NCBI GenBank assembly: GCA_964426735.1
Contig: CAYRRP010000003.1
Span: 77,378 to 141,377, forward strand
Direction: 5' to 3'
Length of the DNA stretch: 64,000 bases
Source: an uncultured Candidatus Saccharibacteria bacterium
GTDB taxonomy: Bacteria > Patescibacteriota > Minisyncoccia > Phycocordibacterales > DATDWN01
Shown: piece after piece, positions 1-8,307 of the stretch
Layout of the letters: each line of letters opens with the position of its first letter
Numbering within the stretch: position 1 is the first letter of the stretch
Notes under the pieces: generated by a model
Seen by the model: only the letters and a program-made list of their open reading frames with translations
The model's database searches: none
What the model was told of the DNA's origin: nothing
Translations under genes and position numbers: made by a program

Positions 1-1075
1 CTTTCTCTCCTGTTGTTGAGTTATAGATATATGAACCTGATTCTACAGTACCTGAGTACACACGGAAGAATGTCAGCTGTCCTACGAATGGGTCTGTCTG
101 GAGTTTGAAGGCAAGCGCAGCAAACGGTTCTTCATCAGACGCTTTTCGAGTAATCTCATCACCGGTTACTGGATCTGTTCCATGTACTGGTGGAATATCG
201 AGTGGACAAGGGAGATAGTCTACCACTGCATCAAGTACGAGCTGTACACCTTTGTTTTTAAGTGCTGAACCAGTAAATACAGGGAAAAGTTTGTTTGCAA
301 TAACCGCTTTTCGAATCACCGCTTTCAATTCATCAATTGAAAATTCTTTTCCTTCGAGATATCCAGACATCATTGCATCATCAAACTCCACTGCTTTTTC
401 TACAAGCTCTGCTCGATATTTGGTTGCGTCTGCCATGTATTCAGCAGGAATTTCTGCTTCTCTAATAGAGTTACCCATATCACCTTCAAAGTAATATGCT
501 TTCATCTTCAAAAGATCGATTACCGCTTCAAAGTTTGATTCTTCTCCAATTGGAAGCTGCATTCGCACTGCGTTTTTGTTGAGTCGCTCTACGATTGATT
601 TAAATGATCGGTCAAACGATCCTCCTGTTCGGTCAAGTTTGTTGATGAAACAGATTCGAGGTACGTGATATTTATCAGCTTGTCGCCATACAGTCTCAGA
701 CTGAGGCTCCACACCTGCCACACCGTCAAATACTACCACTCCACCGTCAAGCACCTTCAATGATCGCTCCACCTCTACGGTAAAGTCCACGTGACCAGGA
801 GTGTCGATGATATTGAATCGCTGTTTCTTTGATGTATTCGTACCCATATATGTTGGATTCCAGAAACAGGTAATAGCCGCAGCAGTGATCGTAATACCAC
901 GCTCTTTTTCCTGTTCCATCCAGTCAGTGGTTGCTGCACCATCGTGCACCTCACCGATTTTGTGAGACATACCTGTGTAATACAGGATACGTTCTGATGT
1001 AGTAGTCTTACCTGCATCAATGTGAGCAATAATACCGAAGTTTCGTACTCTCTCGAGTGGATAATCGCGATTCAT
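1..1075 (-). CDS. fusA: Elongation factor G, N-terminal ~358 aa; the gene runs off the window start
   Basis: Manual minus-strand translation from the ATG at 1075-1073: [35 protein letters not shown]...[16 protein letters not shown]...NKLDR (G1/G3/G4 GTPase motifs). Absent from the ORF track because it is truncated at the window edge. Classic str-operon position after rpsG. Confidence 0.9.
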   Translation of the reverse strand, partial: MNRDYPLERVRNFGIIAHIDAGKTTTSERILYYTGMSHKIGEVHDGAATTDWMEQEKERGITITAAAITCFWNPTYMGTNTSKKQRFNIIDTPGHVDFTVEVERSLKVLDGGVVVFDGVAGVEPQSETVWRQADKYHVPRICFINKLDRTGGSFDRSFKSIVERLNKNAVRMQLPIGEESNFEAVIDLLKMKAYYFEGDMGNSIREAEIPAEYMADATKYRAELVEKAVEFDDAMMSGYLEGKEFSIDELKAVIRKAVIANKLFPVFTGSALKNKGVQLVLDAVVDYLPCPLDIPPVHGTDPVTGDEITRKASDEEPFAALAFKLQTDPFVGQLTFFRVYSGTVESGSYIYNSTTGEK

Positions 1076-1185
1076 ATATAAAATGATTAATGATTAAGTT
1101 GTACCTTATAAAAATCAACACGAAAAACCGTGAGATGATTTAATACCCCAAACTATATACTAAAAGTGCCCTGTGGGCAACTTAG

Positions 1186-1214
1186 TTGACATATATTTTG
1201 TACATGTTTAAATA
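1186..1214 (+). promoter_or_regulatory. sigma70-like promoter (TTGACA, 17-nt spacer, TAAATA)
   Basis: TTGACA at 1186-1191, 17-nt spacer, TAAATA at 1209-1214. Oriented opposite to the str operon. Confidence 0.35.
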
Positions 1215-1503
1215 GTCTTCATGCCTGTTCTTTCAACAACCACCCCCTCAGAGACAGTGTCTTTCGCTACAGACGAAGAAGCTTGGTACAATGGGAATCG
1301 CGTATTCATCGTCATGGAGGTAAGTCGCCGACTCAGACCCAACGAGCCCTCTTACAAAGTCCGCAAAGGACTCACCACCTTCACGGTCTCGCACAGCGAG
1401 CTCTCCCGGACAAGGCACTAGCACCTATTTCTCCAACCTCGCCTCCCCTTTACCGGGGAGGCGTCAACTTATACAAAAAGCACCCCGAGAAGGGTGTTTT
1501 TTT
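1215..1503 (+). ncRNA. Unclassified candidate structured RNA (~290 nt) bounded by a promoter and an intrinsic terminator
   Basis: GC-enriched relative to its flanks. Strong hairpins include CGCCTCCCC-TTTACC-GGGGAGGCG at 1438-1463 and GTCC-GCAAA-GGAC. Ends with the hairpin CACCC-CGAGAA-GGGTG followed by T7. The internal ORFs (66 aa and 76 aa) have no protein-like composition. Confidence 0.35.
1481..1503 (+). terminator. Intrinsic terminator (hairpin plus T7), usable on either strand
   Basis: caccccgagaagggtg followed by ttttttt. On the minus strand the same hairpin is followed by CTTTTT. Confidence 0.5.
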
Positions 1504-1630
1504 ATCTGGGTGAGGATTTTTGTTCGAGTTCGAAGGACGGAACTTTTCTCTTGACCAAGATGTAGATTGACTACTTCGCGGGAAAGAGAAAAGTGAGTAC
1601 CGAAGAAATCGGACAAAAAGACCAGCCAGA

Positions 1631-2101
1631 TTACCAGGCGAAGTGAGCAAACGCTTTGTTGGCTTCAGCCATCTTATGAGTGTTTTCTCGTTTCTTTACT
1701 GCTTCACCTTCATTTTTAGCTGCAAGCATGATTTCTTCCGCAAGCTTTTCTGCCATAGGAGAACCTTTTTTAGATCGAGCTGCTTCTACAATCCATTTCA
1801 TTGAAAGATAGTTTCGTCGCTCAGGTCGAACTTCTCGAGGGATTTGGTAGTTTGCACCTCCCACTCGTCGTGATCGTACTTCCATCAAAGGACCTGTGTT
1901 TTTGAGTGCTGTATCAAACACTTCCATAGGATCCTCTACCTTTGCCTTTTCTTTAATATTTTCGAGTGCACCGTATACGATACCTCGCGCAGTCTCCTTC
2001 TGACCTCGTTCCATTACATAGTTAATAAACTTAGAGATTTTCTCTGAGTTATATACGTGGTCGGGAGACACCATATTTCGATTTGTTACTTTTCGTCGCA
2101 T
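1631..2101 (-). CDS. rpsG: 30S ribosomal protein S7
   Basis: 156 aa; MRRKVTNRNMVSPDHVYNSEKISKFINYVMERGQKETARGIVYGA... matches the S7 family. Follows rpsL. Confidence 0.95.
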   Translation of the reverse strand: MRRKVTNRNMVSPDHVYNSEKISKFINYVMERGQKETARGIVYGALENIKEKAKVEDPMEVFDTALKNTGPLMEVRSRRVGGANYQIPREVRPERRNYLSMKWIVEAARSKKGSPMAEKLAEEIMLAAKNEGEAVKKRENTHKMAEANKAFAHFAW

Positions 2102-2181
2102 GTTTGTTTAGTCATTAGTCATTAGTTGATAGTCATGAGTTATTCTTCCTATGGACTGTCTACTATTGACTGTTATCTAGT

Positions 2182-2607
2182 TTATTTTTTAGCTGCTCCA
2201 CCTTTAGCTTTCTTAGCACCGTATCGACTTCGAGATTTACCTCGTTTGTCTACACCAGTCGCATCGAGTACACCTCGAACGATCTGATATCGAAGTCCTA
2301 CGTCTTTTACCTTTCCACCTCGGAGCATTACCACTGAGTGTTCCTGAAGTGTGTGACCCATACCTGGGATGTACGCAGTAACTTCCATACCGTTTGAAAG
2401 TCTTACTCGGGCAATCTTTCGAATCGCTGAGTTAGGCTTCTTTGGAGTCTTTGTGGTTACTTTTGTACAAACCCCTCGTTTAAAAGGTGATGAATAAAAA
2501 ATAGGTCGGTTCTTAAGTACGTTAAAACCGCGAGTAAGCGCAACAGAGCGCACTTTTCGCTTTACGTTTGAACGGCTTTTCTTTACTAATTGATTTATCG
2601 TTGACAT
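2182..2607 (-). CDS. rpsL: 30S ribosomal protein S12
   Basis: 141 aa; ...[58 protein letters not shown] is the S12 signature. Confidence 0.95.
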   Translation of the reverse strand: MSTINQLVKKSRSNVKRKVRSVALTRGFNVLKNRPIFYSSPFKRGVCTKVTTKTPKKPNSAIRKIARVRLSNGMEVTAYIPGMGHTLQEHSVVMLRGGKVKDVGLRYQIVRGVLDATGVDKRGKSRSRYGAKKAKGGAAKK

Positions 2608-2915
2608 TGACCGTTATCCTAATACATTTGTACTAATATTGCAAGCTGTGTGCTTCTGGTACGTCCATATTTGACGAACTCCTTTATTGGACTGCAAAAA
2701 ATAATTTCCACCGTACAACGAGTACGTCTACAATTATTTTTCTGGTCCGCCTCGGATTTCAATCAAATCTGAACATCCTCCGAGTTAAACTTATACAAAA
2801 AAAGCCTTGTGCAGGAGGGAGCAAAGCTCCCTCCCACAACAAGACATCGATTTTTTCCGACCTTTAAGGGTCAGGCCTCCCGCAATCGTAGTTAGGAGGC
2901 TATTATAACATACAT

Positions 2916-2971
2916 AACCGAAGAACCGAAGAACCGAAGAACCGAAGAACCGAAGAACCGAAGAACCGATG
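2916..2971. repeat. Tandem 8-bp repeat (AACCGAAG) x7 upstream of rpsL
   Basis: Six perfect copies of aaccgaag plus one imperfect copy (aaccgatg). It produces the spurious minus-strand ORF 2791-2979. Confidence 0.85.
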
Positions 2972-3050
2972 AACTGCACAGTGCAGACTGAGAGCTTCAG
3001 ATGAAGCTTTCTGCAAAGAATAGTACACCCCCCTCAAAATTTGTCAAGTG

Positions 3051-3671
3051 CTACATCCCTACTCCAGTAATCATCTTAAAAAAGAAACTTACCACCGGGG
3101 AAAGGAACTGAGACAAGAAAAACACAAAGAAAATGAGGATTGTGATACTGTAAGCTTCCATAGTAGTTCTGATATGTGCCATGTTGTAAGGCAAAAAGGC
3201 AAAAAGTATCTTTGATCCATCAAGTGGTGGGATAGGTACCAGGTTAAAACACGCAAGAACAAGGTTAATTATCGTGATAGTAGCTGATATATGAATAAAA
3301 TCACTCGATAGCGTCAAAATGCCAGTAGATGCAAGTCGGATAATAAGCCCGAAAAACACTGCAATACATATATTAATGAATGGCCCCGCAAAAGCGACAA
3401 TAGCTTCGCCCCATTTTTGATTCCTCAAGTTATAGGGATTAAACGGCACAGGCTTTGCCCAGCCGATGATGAATCCCCCAAGCTGATATGACAAGAATGG
3501 GAGAATCACAGACCCAAACCACTCTAAATGCTTAAGTGGATTGAGAGTGAGGCGTCCCTGGAAGCGAGCTGTATTGTCCCCTTGCAGATACGCTGCATAC
3601 CCATGAGCTACTTCATGGGCAACCACTGAAAACATTAGTATAAGTAATGAAAAGATAAAATCGATTTGCAT
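3051..3671 (-). CDS. Site-2 protease family zinc metalloprotease (peptidase M50)
   Basis: 206 aa polytopic membrane protein with HEVAHG (HExxH) and NLVPIPPLDGSKIL motifs. Confidence 0.85.
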   Translation of the reverse strand: MQIDFIFSLLILMFSVVAHEVAHGYAAYLQGDNTARFQGRLTLNPLKHLEWFGSVILPFLSYQLGGFIIGWAKPVPFNPYNLRNQKWGEAIVAFAGPFINICIAVFFGLIIRLASTGILTLSSDFIHISATITIINLVLACFNLVPIPPLDGSKILFAFLPYNMAHIRTTMEAYSITILIFFVFFLSQFLSPVVSFFFKMITGVGM

Positions 3672-3711
3672 ATTGGTAAAATTATGCTACCATATTCCCA
3701 CATACAAATAT

Positions 3712-3954
3712 ATGGCTAAAGCATGTCCAATAACTAAAAAGAGTTCTCAGCTCCAGGGCGGATACTCAAACCGAACTCGTGCAACCAAGTTCAACCCAAC
3801 TGGTATCGTACGAAAATACGCAAATCTTCAGAAAAAGAAGATCTATATTCCTGAACTCAAAAAGAGTATCACTATGGAGCTCTCTACTCGAGCGATCAAG
3901 ACTATGCAGAAGAATGGCGTGTATGCGACCCTCAAAAAAGCTAACTTGGTGTAG
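3712..3954 (+). CDS. rpmB: 50S ribosomal protein L28
   Basis: MAKACPITKKSSQLQGGYSNRTRATKFNPTG...LSTRAIKTMQKNG aligns to the L28 pattern (C-x2-T-x-K..SH..NATKR..PNL...LRVS.KG.R...K.G). Start moved to the internal ATG at 3712; the ORF-track start at 3673 lies upstream. Confidence 0.8.
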   Translation: MAKACPITKKSSQLQGGYSNRTRATKFNPTGIVRKYANLQKKKIYIPELKKSITMELSTRAIKTMQKNGVYATLKKANLV

Positions 3955-4112
3955 CAAATAACGGCTCTGGTCTTTTTCTCGCATCTCATCTTCTAAAATT
4001 GTAAAAATAATTCTCACCTGCGCACTCAGGCAGGTTCAAATTATTTTTAAATTTTATAAGCGACCTGCGCGAAAAATCCTCAAAGATTCTTTATATGATA
4101 TAATATGCGCAT

Positions 4113-4349
4113 ATGAAGGAAAATAAGGCAAAAGAACAAATATTTTCTGTAATCTACGAACCTGCACCAGAAGGTGGTTTTGTTGTGTCTGTACCGAGTC
4201 TACCTGGTTGTTACTCTGAAGGAGAGACTTTAGAAGAAGCTCAGAAAAATATCCAAGAAGCTATTGAACTCTATATTGAAAATTCAAAAGAAATCACCAA
4301 CTCCCATCATATAAATCCTATTATTGGCACTGTTTCGGTATATGCCTAA
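4113..4349 (+). CDS. hicB: HicB-family antitoxin (UPF0150)
   Basis: 78 aa; IYEPAPEGGFVVSVPSLPGCYSEGETLEEAQKNIQEAIELYIE is the typical HicB/UPF0150 fold signature. -10 TATAAT at about 4093-4098. Confidence 0.8.
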   Translation: MKENKAKEQIFSVIYEPAPEGGFVVSVPSLPGCYSEGETLEEAQKNIQEAIELYIENSKEITNSHHINPIIGTVSVYA

Positions 4350-4548
4350 AATACCTCTTCTCACAGATAAAGAGATTATTAGTTTGATTGAAAAGCAAGG
4401 TTTCGTATTCCTCCGACAAAAAGGTAGTCATAAAATCTTTCGGAAAGAAGGAAAGAGTATTGTCGTACCTTGTCACAACAAACAGCTCAAACGAGGTCTT
4501 ACAGCAAAAATCTTAAAAGATGCAGGTATTGATCCGGAAAAACTCTGA
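4324..4548 (+). CDS. hicA: HicA-family mRNA interferase toxin
   Basis: 74 aa; QKGSHKIFRKEGKSIVVPCHNKQLKRGLTAKILKDAGI (YcfA/HicA). Overlaps hicB; an alternative start at 4342 (MPKIPLL) is possible. Confidence 0.8.
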   Translation: MALFRYMPKIPLLTDKEIISLIEKQGFVFLRQKGSHKIFRKEGKSIVVPCHNKQLKRGLTAKILKDAGIDPEKL

Positions 4549-4555
4549 AAGCACG

Positions 4556-5431
4556 CTACTTTCTTATAAATCTTTTTCCATCTGACTCAAACACAATCGT
4601 CCCCTCATCCATCGTCACTAAAATCTCCACGTTGTTACTTTTTAAGGTCTCAAGTGTGGCTTGTTTTGGATGTCCGTATGAATTATCTTTTCCAGCAGAA
4701 ATAATCGCAACCTCCGGACTGACTGCTTTTACAAACTCATCTCCTGTTGATGTGTCTGAACCATGATGCGCCACCTTGAGTATATCGGCATCTACATACT
4801 CTTTATATTGGCTTACAATATACTGCTCTATATTTTTTGTCGTATCACCTGTCAACATAATAGACGTATCTTTATACACAAGTCGTGCAACAAGAGAACC
4901 TTCGTTATGTGACACATCTTCGACATCTCTATCAGGGAAGATAATATCAATATATGCACCTCCTCCAAGCAAAATCTTTTGCCCTGTTCGCCCAATCAAC
5001 ACAGGAATCTCTTGTTCTACAAGAATACGCTTAAATTCTTGATATATTGGATTATTGTCAGCTTTCACACCAGGCTCAAGGACTGCTTCAACATCGTACC
5101 GCGACAGAAGCGGTATAAAACCTTCAAAATGATCCCTATCAGGATTAGTTACGATAATCATGTCTATACTTCTATCAATCAGTGGCATTTGTGTAGCAAC
5201 TTCAGAGACAAGCGCACTGCCTGGTCCACCATCAATCACAACCTGATTGCCTGTCGGTGACTCAATAAAAATAGCATCACCTTGTCCTACATCAAGAAAT
5301 GCAACTCGAAGTGGACGTTCTCGTGTTTGAAATACAAAAAATAATACTGCAATTACACACACAAAAAGTGTAAAGAGTGTATATATTTTCCAATAGGTAT
5401 GGATATTTTCTTTAATCCAGTTTTTATTCAT
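4556..5431 (-). CDS. comEC: ComEC/Rec2 C-terminal metallo-beta-lactamase domain protein, encoded separately from the ComEC membrane domain
   Basis: 291 aa; N-terminal TM helix then LRVAFLDVGQGDAIFIES...HHGSDTS (ComEC-type MBL fold). Confidence 0.8.
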   Translation of the reverse strand: MNKNWIKENIHTYWKIYTLFTLFVCVIAVLFFVFQTRERPLRVAFLDVGQGDAIFIESPTGNQVVIDGGPGSALVSEVATQMPLIDRSIDMIIVTNPDRDHFEGFIPLLSRYDVEAVLEPGVKADNNPIYQEFKRILVEQEIPVLIGRTGQKILLGGGAYIDIIFPDRDVEDVSHNEGSLVARLVYKDTSIMLTGDTTKNIEQYIVSQYKEYVDADILKVAHHGSDTSTGDEFVKAVSPEVAIISAGKDNSYGHPKQATLETLKSNNVEILVTMDEGTIVFESDGKRFIRK

Positions 5432-5509
5432 AGCTATGATATAGTATAACAGTTCAATTAAATTACGGAATGAATCCTGTTAGAAATCACGGAAATCAAT
5501 ATAACGGGA

Positions 5510-5523
5510 AATAATATATTATT
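5510..5523. promoter_or_regulatory. Perfect AT palindrome AATAATATATTATT in the sod/comEC divergent promoter region (Fur/PerR-box-like)
   Basis: 14-bp perfect palindrome about 55 bp upstream of the sod start codon. Confidence 0.3.
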
Positions 5524-5577
5524 AGTTTAACTTTATAGGAAACATAAACCACTTTATGATTTCCTATTTCTAATGAG

Positions 5578-6171
5578 ATGAAAACATTTGAAGAAATGAA
5601 ATTTAATATCGGCGAGCTTATCGGTATTTCTACCGACTCAGTTACCGAACACCTCAAGCTCTACGCTGGATATGTAAAACATGCCAACCTTATCATTTCT
5701 AAAATCGAAGAAATGAGTAAAGATTCAGAAACAAATGCATATGCACTTGGCGAGCTTCAACGACGTTTTGGTTTTGAATTTGATGGTATGAGAAATCACG
5801 AATATTATTTCAAATCACTCGTTGGTGGTGCAACAGCAATCACCGAAGGTGGCGCGCTTCATACTGCAATCGTTGAAGAATTCGGTTCGTTTGATGCATG
5901 GTTTGCACGTTTTAAAGCAGTAGCACTCACTCGTGGTATTGGCTGGGCAATGCTCTACTACGATAAAACAACTGGACGACTTTTAAATGCATGGGTAGAC
6001 GAACAACACCTCGGACATCTCACCGGACTCTCACCTATTCTTGCGCTTGATGTATGGGAACATGCATTTGTACCTGACTACAAAGCATCTGGGAAAAAAG
6101 CATACGTTGAAGATTTTTTCAAAAATCTCAATTGGTCTGTGATTGAAGAAAATTTCAAAAACGCACAATAG
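5578..6171 (+). CDS. Fe/Mn superoxide dismutase
   Basis: 197 aa; ...LALDVWEHAFVPDYKA... (the DVWEHAYY-type motif) and an N-terminal helical hairpin. Confidence 0.9.
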   Translation: MKTFEEMKFNIGELIGISTDSVTEHLKLYAGYVKHANLIISKIEEMSKDSETNAYALGELQRRFGFEFDGMRNHEYYFKSLVGGATAITEGGALHTAIVEEFGSFDAWFARFKAVALTRGIGWAMLYYDKTTGRLLNAWVDEQHLGHLTGLSPILALDVWEHAFVPDYKASGKKAYVEDFFKNLNWSVIEENFKNAQ

Positions 6172-6520
6172 TTGACTTGTGGCGTGTTTATATATAGTCT
6201 CTACTATAGACTATGCAGGATTTTCATTTTTACAACATCTTGCTCGAGTTTATGTTGAGAGGACCGGTAAATGTCGCAGCACCTTGTACACCTGTGGTCG
6301 ACCCTTTCTCGACTATCCTCGAGGATGCAGTCTCCGCAGTAAATACGTGCATCCAAAAAACCCCTCTTAACAAACAAGAAAAACAACATAACACATCCCG
6401 TCGACGAGCATTACGCGAAAGTCGAGGGAGGGTTTACAGAAAACTCTGACACATGATGTGTTGGAGTTTTTTCTTGCATATAGAAAATATTTTGATAGTG
6501 TGTAACAAGGAGTCACTACG

Positions 6521-6754
6521 ATGAAAGATAACGGTACTGAAGACTTAGAGATGTTCCCTGAAGATCTCGAGTCAGATATTTTCTCAATTATGGGCTACTT
6601 AGCTCAGGAGCTATCGCCACACACCACGCCTGAAGGATTGGTTGAGAATTGTGCACGCGCAACAGGTGTCAGCCCACACTTTGTTCGCGAACTTCTTGTG
6701 GATTGCAGACGTGAATTTTTTAGCAAACTGGTTGTAAAAACACAAGCACCTTAA
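6521..6754 (+). CDS. Hypothetical small acidic protein
   Basis: 77 aa with a strong RBS (AAGGAG 7 nt upstream). No recognisable domain. Confidence 0.5.
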   Translation: MKDNGTEDLEMFPEDLESDIFSIMGYLAQELSPHTTPEGLVENCARATGVSPHFVRELLVDCRREFFSKLVVKTQAP

Positions 6755-8307
6755 TATCCCACAACCGAATCATCCCCTGAGCGTGGCTCCGCCACACTCA
6801 GGTTTTGTTTTTTATGAAAACGATAGAGAATGAAACCAAAAACTACATAACATACAACTAACCAAAACACAGGAATGTATGGTACATGAATATTTGCAAA
6901 CGGAAGTTTTGAAACACTTTCCGCAATAAATATATCCCACGAGAGAAGAAGATATGTTGGTATTCCTGGAATCAATCCCAAAAAACGTGAGACGAAGCCA
7001 GCTATCGCCGTACAGAAACCGAGAAGCATGGTCAGTGGTACAAATGGAAGTACGACAAAGTTTGCAGGAAATGCAAACACTCCAAAATTTCCAGACATGT
7101 ACACAATATATGGAAGCACAGAAAACTGAGCTCCCAGTGTGGTTGCAGACAATTCCCTTAGTCCATATTTTTCAGTAATAAAAGAAATATGTTTTAAAAC
7201 AATCGGTGCAACATACATCACACCAATAGTTGCTAACACAGATAGATGGAATGATGGATCATATAACAATATAAATGGATTCCACATAACCATCCCCCAT
7301 ACCGCAAGCAGTAGTGCACGTGACACATTGTACGTCTTATGGAATTGCTTCCCTAAAAGCGCAATACTCGCCATAATACCTGCGCGCACTGCTGAAGCTC
7401 CACTCCCTGCCATCAATACAAAAAATATAACACCAAAAAGTGATGCTCCAAATGCAAAACGTACTGACACATATTTCATTACCACCAAAATACTTTCAGC
7501 AACAACTGTAATGTTATACCCTGACAATACGATAATATGCGAAAGTCCTGCCGTCCTAAACTGATCTGTAATAGTTTTTGGTAATGCATCAGTCCCCAAC
7601 AAAATTCCCGCCAAAAGCCCTGCTTCCGGCTCAGGAACCACATTTCTGATTGACTCTACAAATCGACGCTTTAAACCAAAAAGTATCGTAAGGATACTCT
7701 TGCCCTCTTCTCCTATTTTCTTAATTGATGCAAAAGAGAGTGTGTGCGTAATAGAGTCTTTAAATAGATACATTTGATAATCAAACATTCTTCCATCATC
7801 CGCCTCGATGCGCCCAGGCACACGAAGTGTCCCCGTAGCCACGACATAATCACCGTACGAAAATTCTGGAAATGCATGTGTACTTAAAAGAACACGAGTA
7901 TCGACTTGTTTAGTGGTGCTCCCAAAAGAAACTTTATCTACACGAAGCATGACTTTCTGCTTTTCTCCATCGGAGACCGGCTCACGCACCACCACTCCAT
8001 GAAGGGCTATATTTTTTGATTCTTGTGTAGGTAGATTTTTTATATCAGGATAGGAAATCATAAACACACGCAGCTGACCGACACACAACCCAATAAAAAA
8101 TATAATCAAAAGATGGGAAACTTTTCGGACATCTTCTGTCTTGGAAAATTTTGCATACACACCAAGTACACCCGCACACAAGAAACACGCTACACACAAA
8201 GCAACAGAGAGATGTATGAATGAAACAGCAACCCCTACCAAACTGGAAATAAAAAACAGTAACATACTGTTACCGTTTCTTAAACTCACTGATAATATTC
8301 TGCTCAT
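6751..8307 (-). CDS. comEC: ComEC/Rec2 competence membrane channel (DUF4131 plus Competence domain), no MBL domain
   Basis: 518 aa polytopic membrane protein; ...LLAGILLGTDALPKTITDQFRTAGLSHIIVLSGYNITVV... is the ComEC competence-domain signature. Confidence 0.8.
   Translation of the reverse strand: MSRILSVSLRNGNSMLLFFISSLVGVAVSFIHLSVALCVACFLCAGVLGVYAKFSKTEDVRKVSHLLIIFFIGLCVGQLRVFMISYPDIKNLPTQESKNIALHGVVVREPVSDGEKQKVMLRVDKVSFGSTTKQVDTRVLLSTHAFPEFSYGDYVVATGTLRVPGRIEADDGRMFDYQMYLFKDSITHTLSFASIKKIGEEGKSILTILFGLKRRFVESIRNVVPEPEAGLLAGILLGTDALPKTITDQFRTAGLSHIIVLSGYNITVVAESILVVMKYVSVRFAFGASLFGVIFFVLMAGSGASAVRAGIMASIALLGKQFHKTYNVSRALLLAVWGMVMWNPFILLYDPSFHLSVLATIGVMYVAPIVLKHISFITEKYGLRELSATTLGAQFSVLPYIVYMSGNFGVFAFPANFVVLPFVPLTMLLGFCTAIAGFVSRFLGLIPGIPTYLLLSWDIFIAESVSKLPFANIHVPYIPVFWLVVCYVVFGFILYRFHKKQNLSVAEPRSGDDSVVGY

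Noticed and set aside
1221-1513. Two overlapping plus-strand ORFs (66 aa and 76 aa) in the rpsG-fusA gap
   Set aside because: Arg/Pro/His/Thr-rich low-complexity translations with no RBS and no homology signal. The region has promoter, hairpin and terminator architecture, so it is better explained as non-coding RNA.
2791-2979. 62-aa minus-strand ORF (…SSVLRFFGSSVLRFFG…)
   Set aside because: It is the translation of the AACCGAAG x7 tandem repeat (FGSSVLRF periodicity) and is not a gene. The tract was also considered and rejected as a CRISPR array: 8-bp units with no spacers.
6172-6520. Possible small RNA in the 350-bp spacer after sod (promoter-like TTGACT...TATAGT at 6172-6205, GC-richer segment 6260-6330)
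   Set aside because: No terminator or conserved structure could be defined by eye, and the segment is equally well explained as the promoter and 5' UTR of the 77-aa ORF at 6521 (strong AAGGAG RBS). Left as unresolved rather than called.
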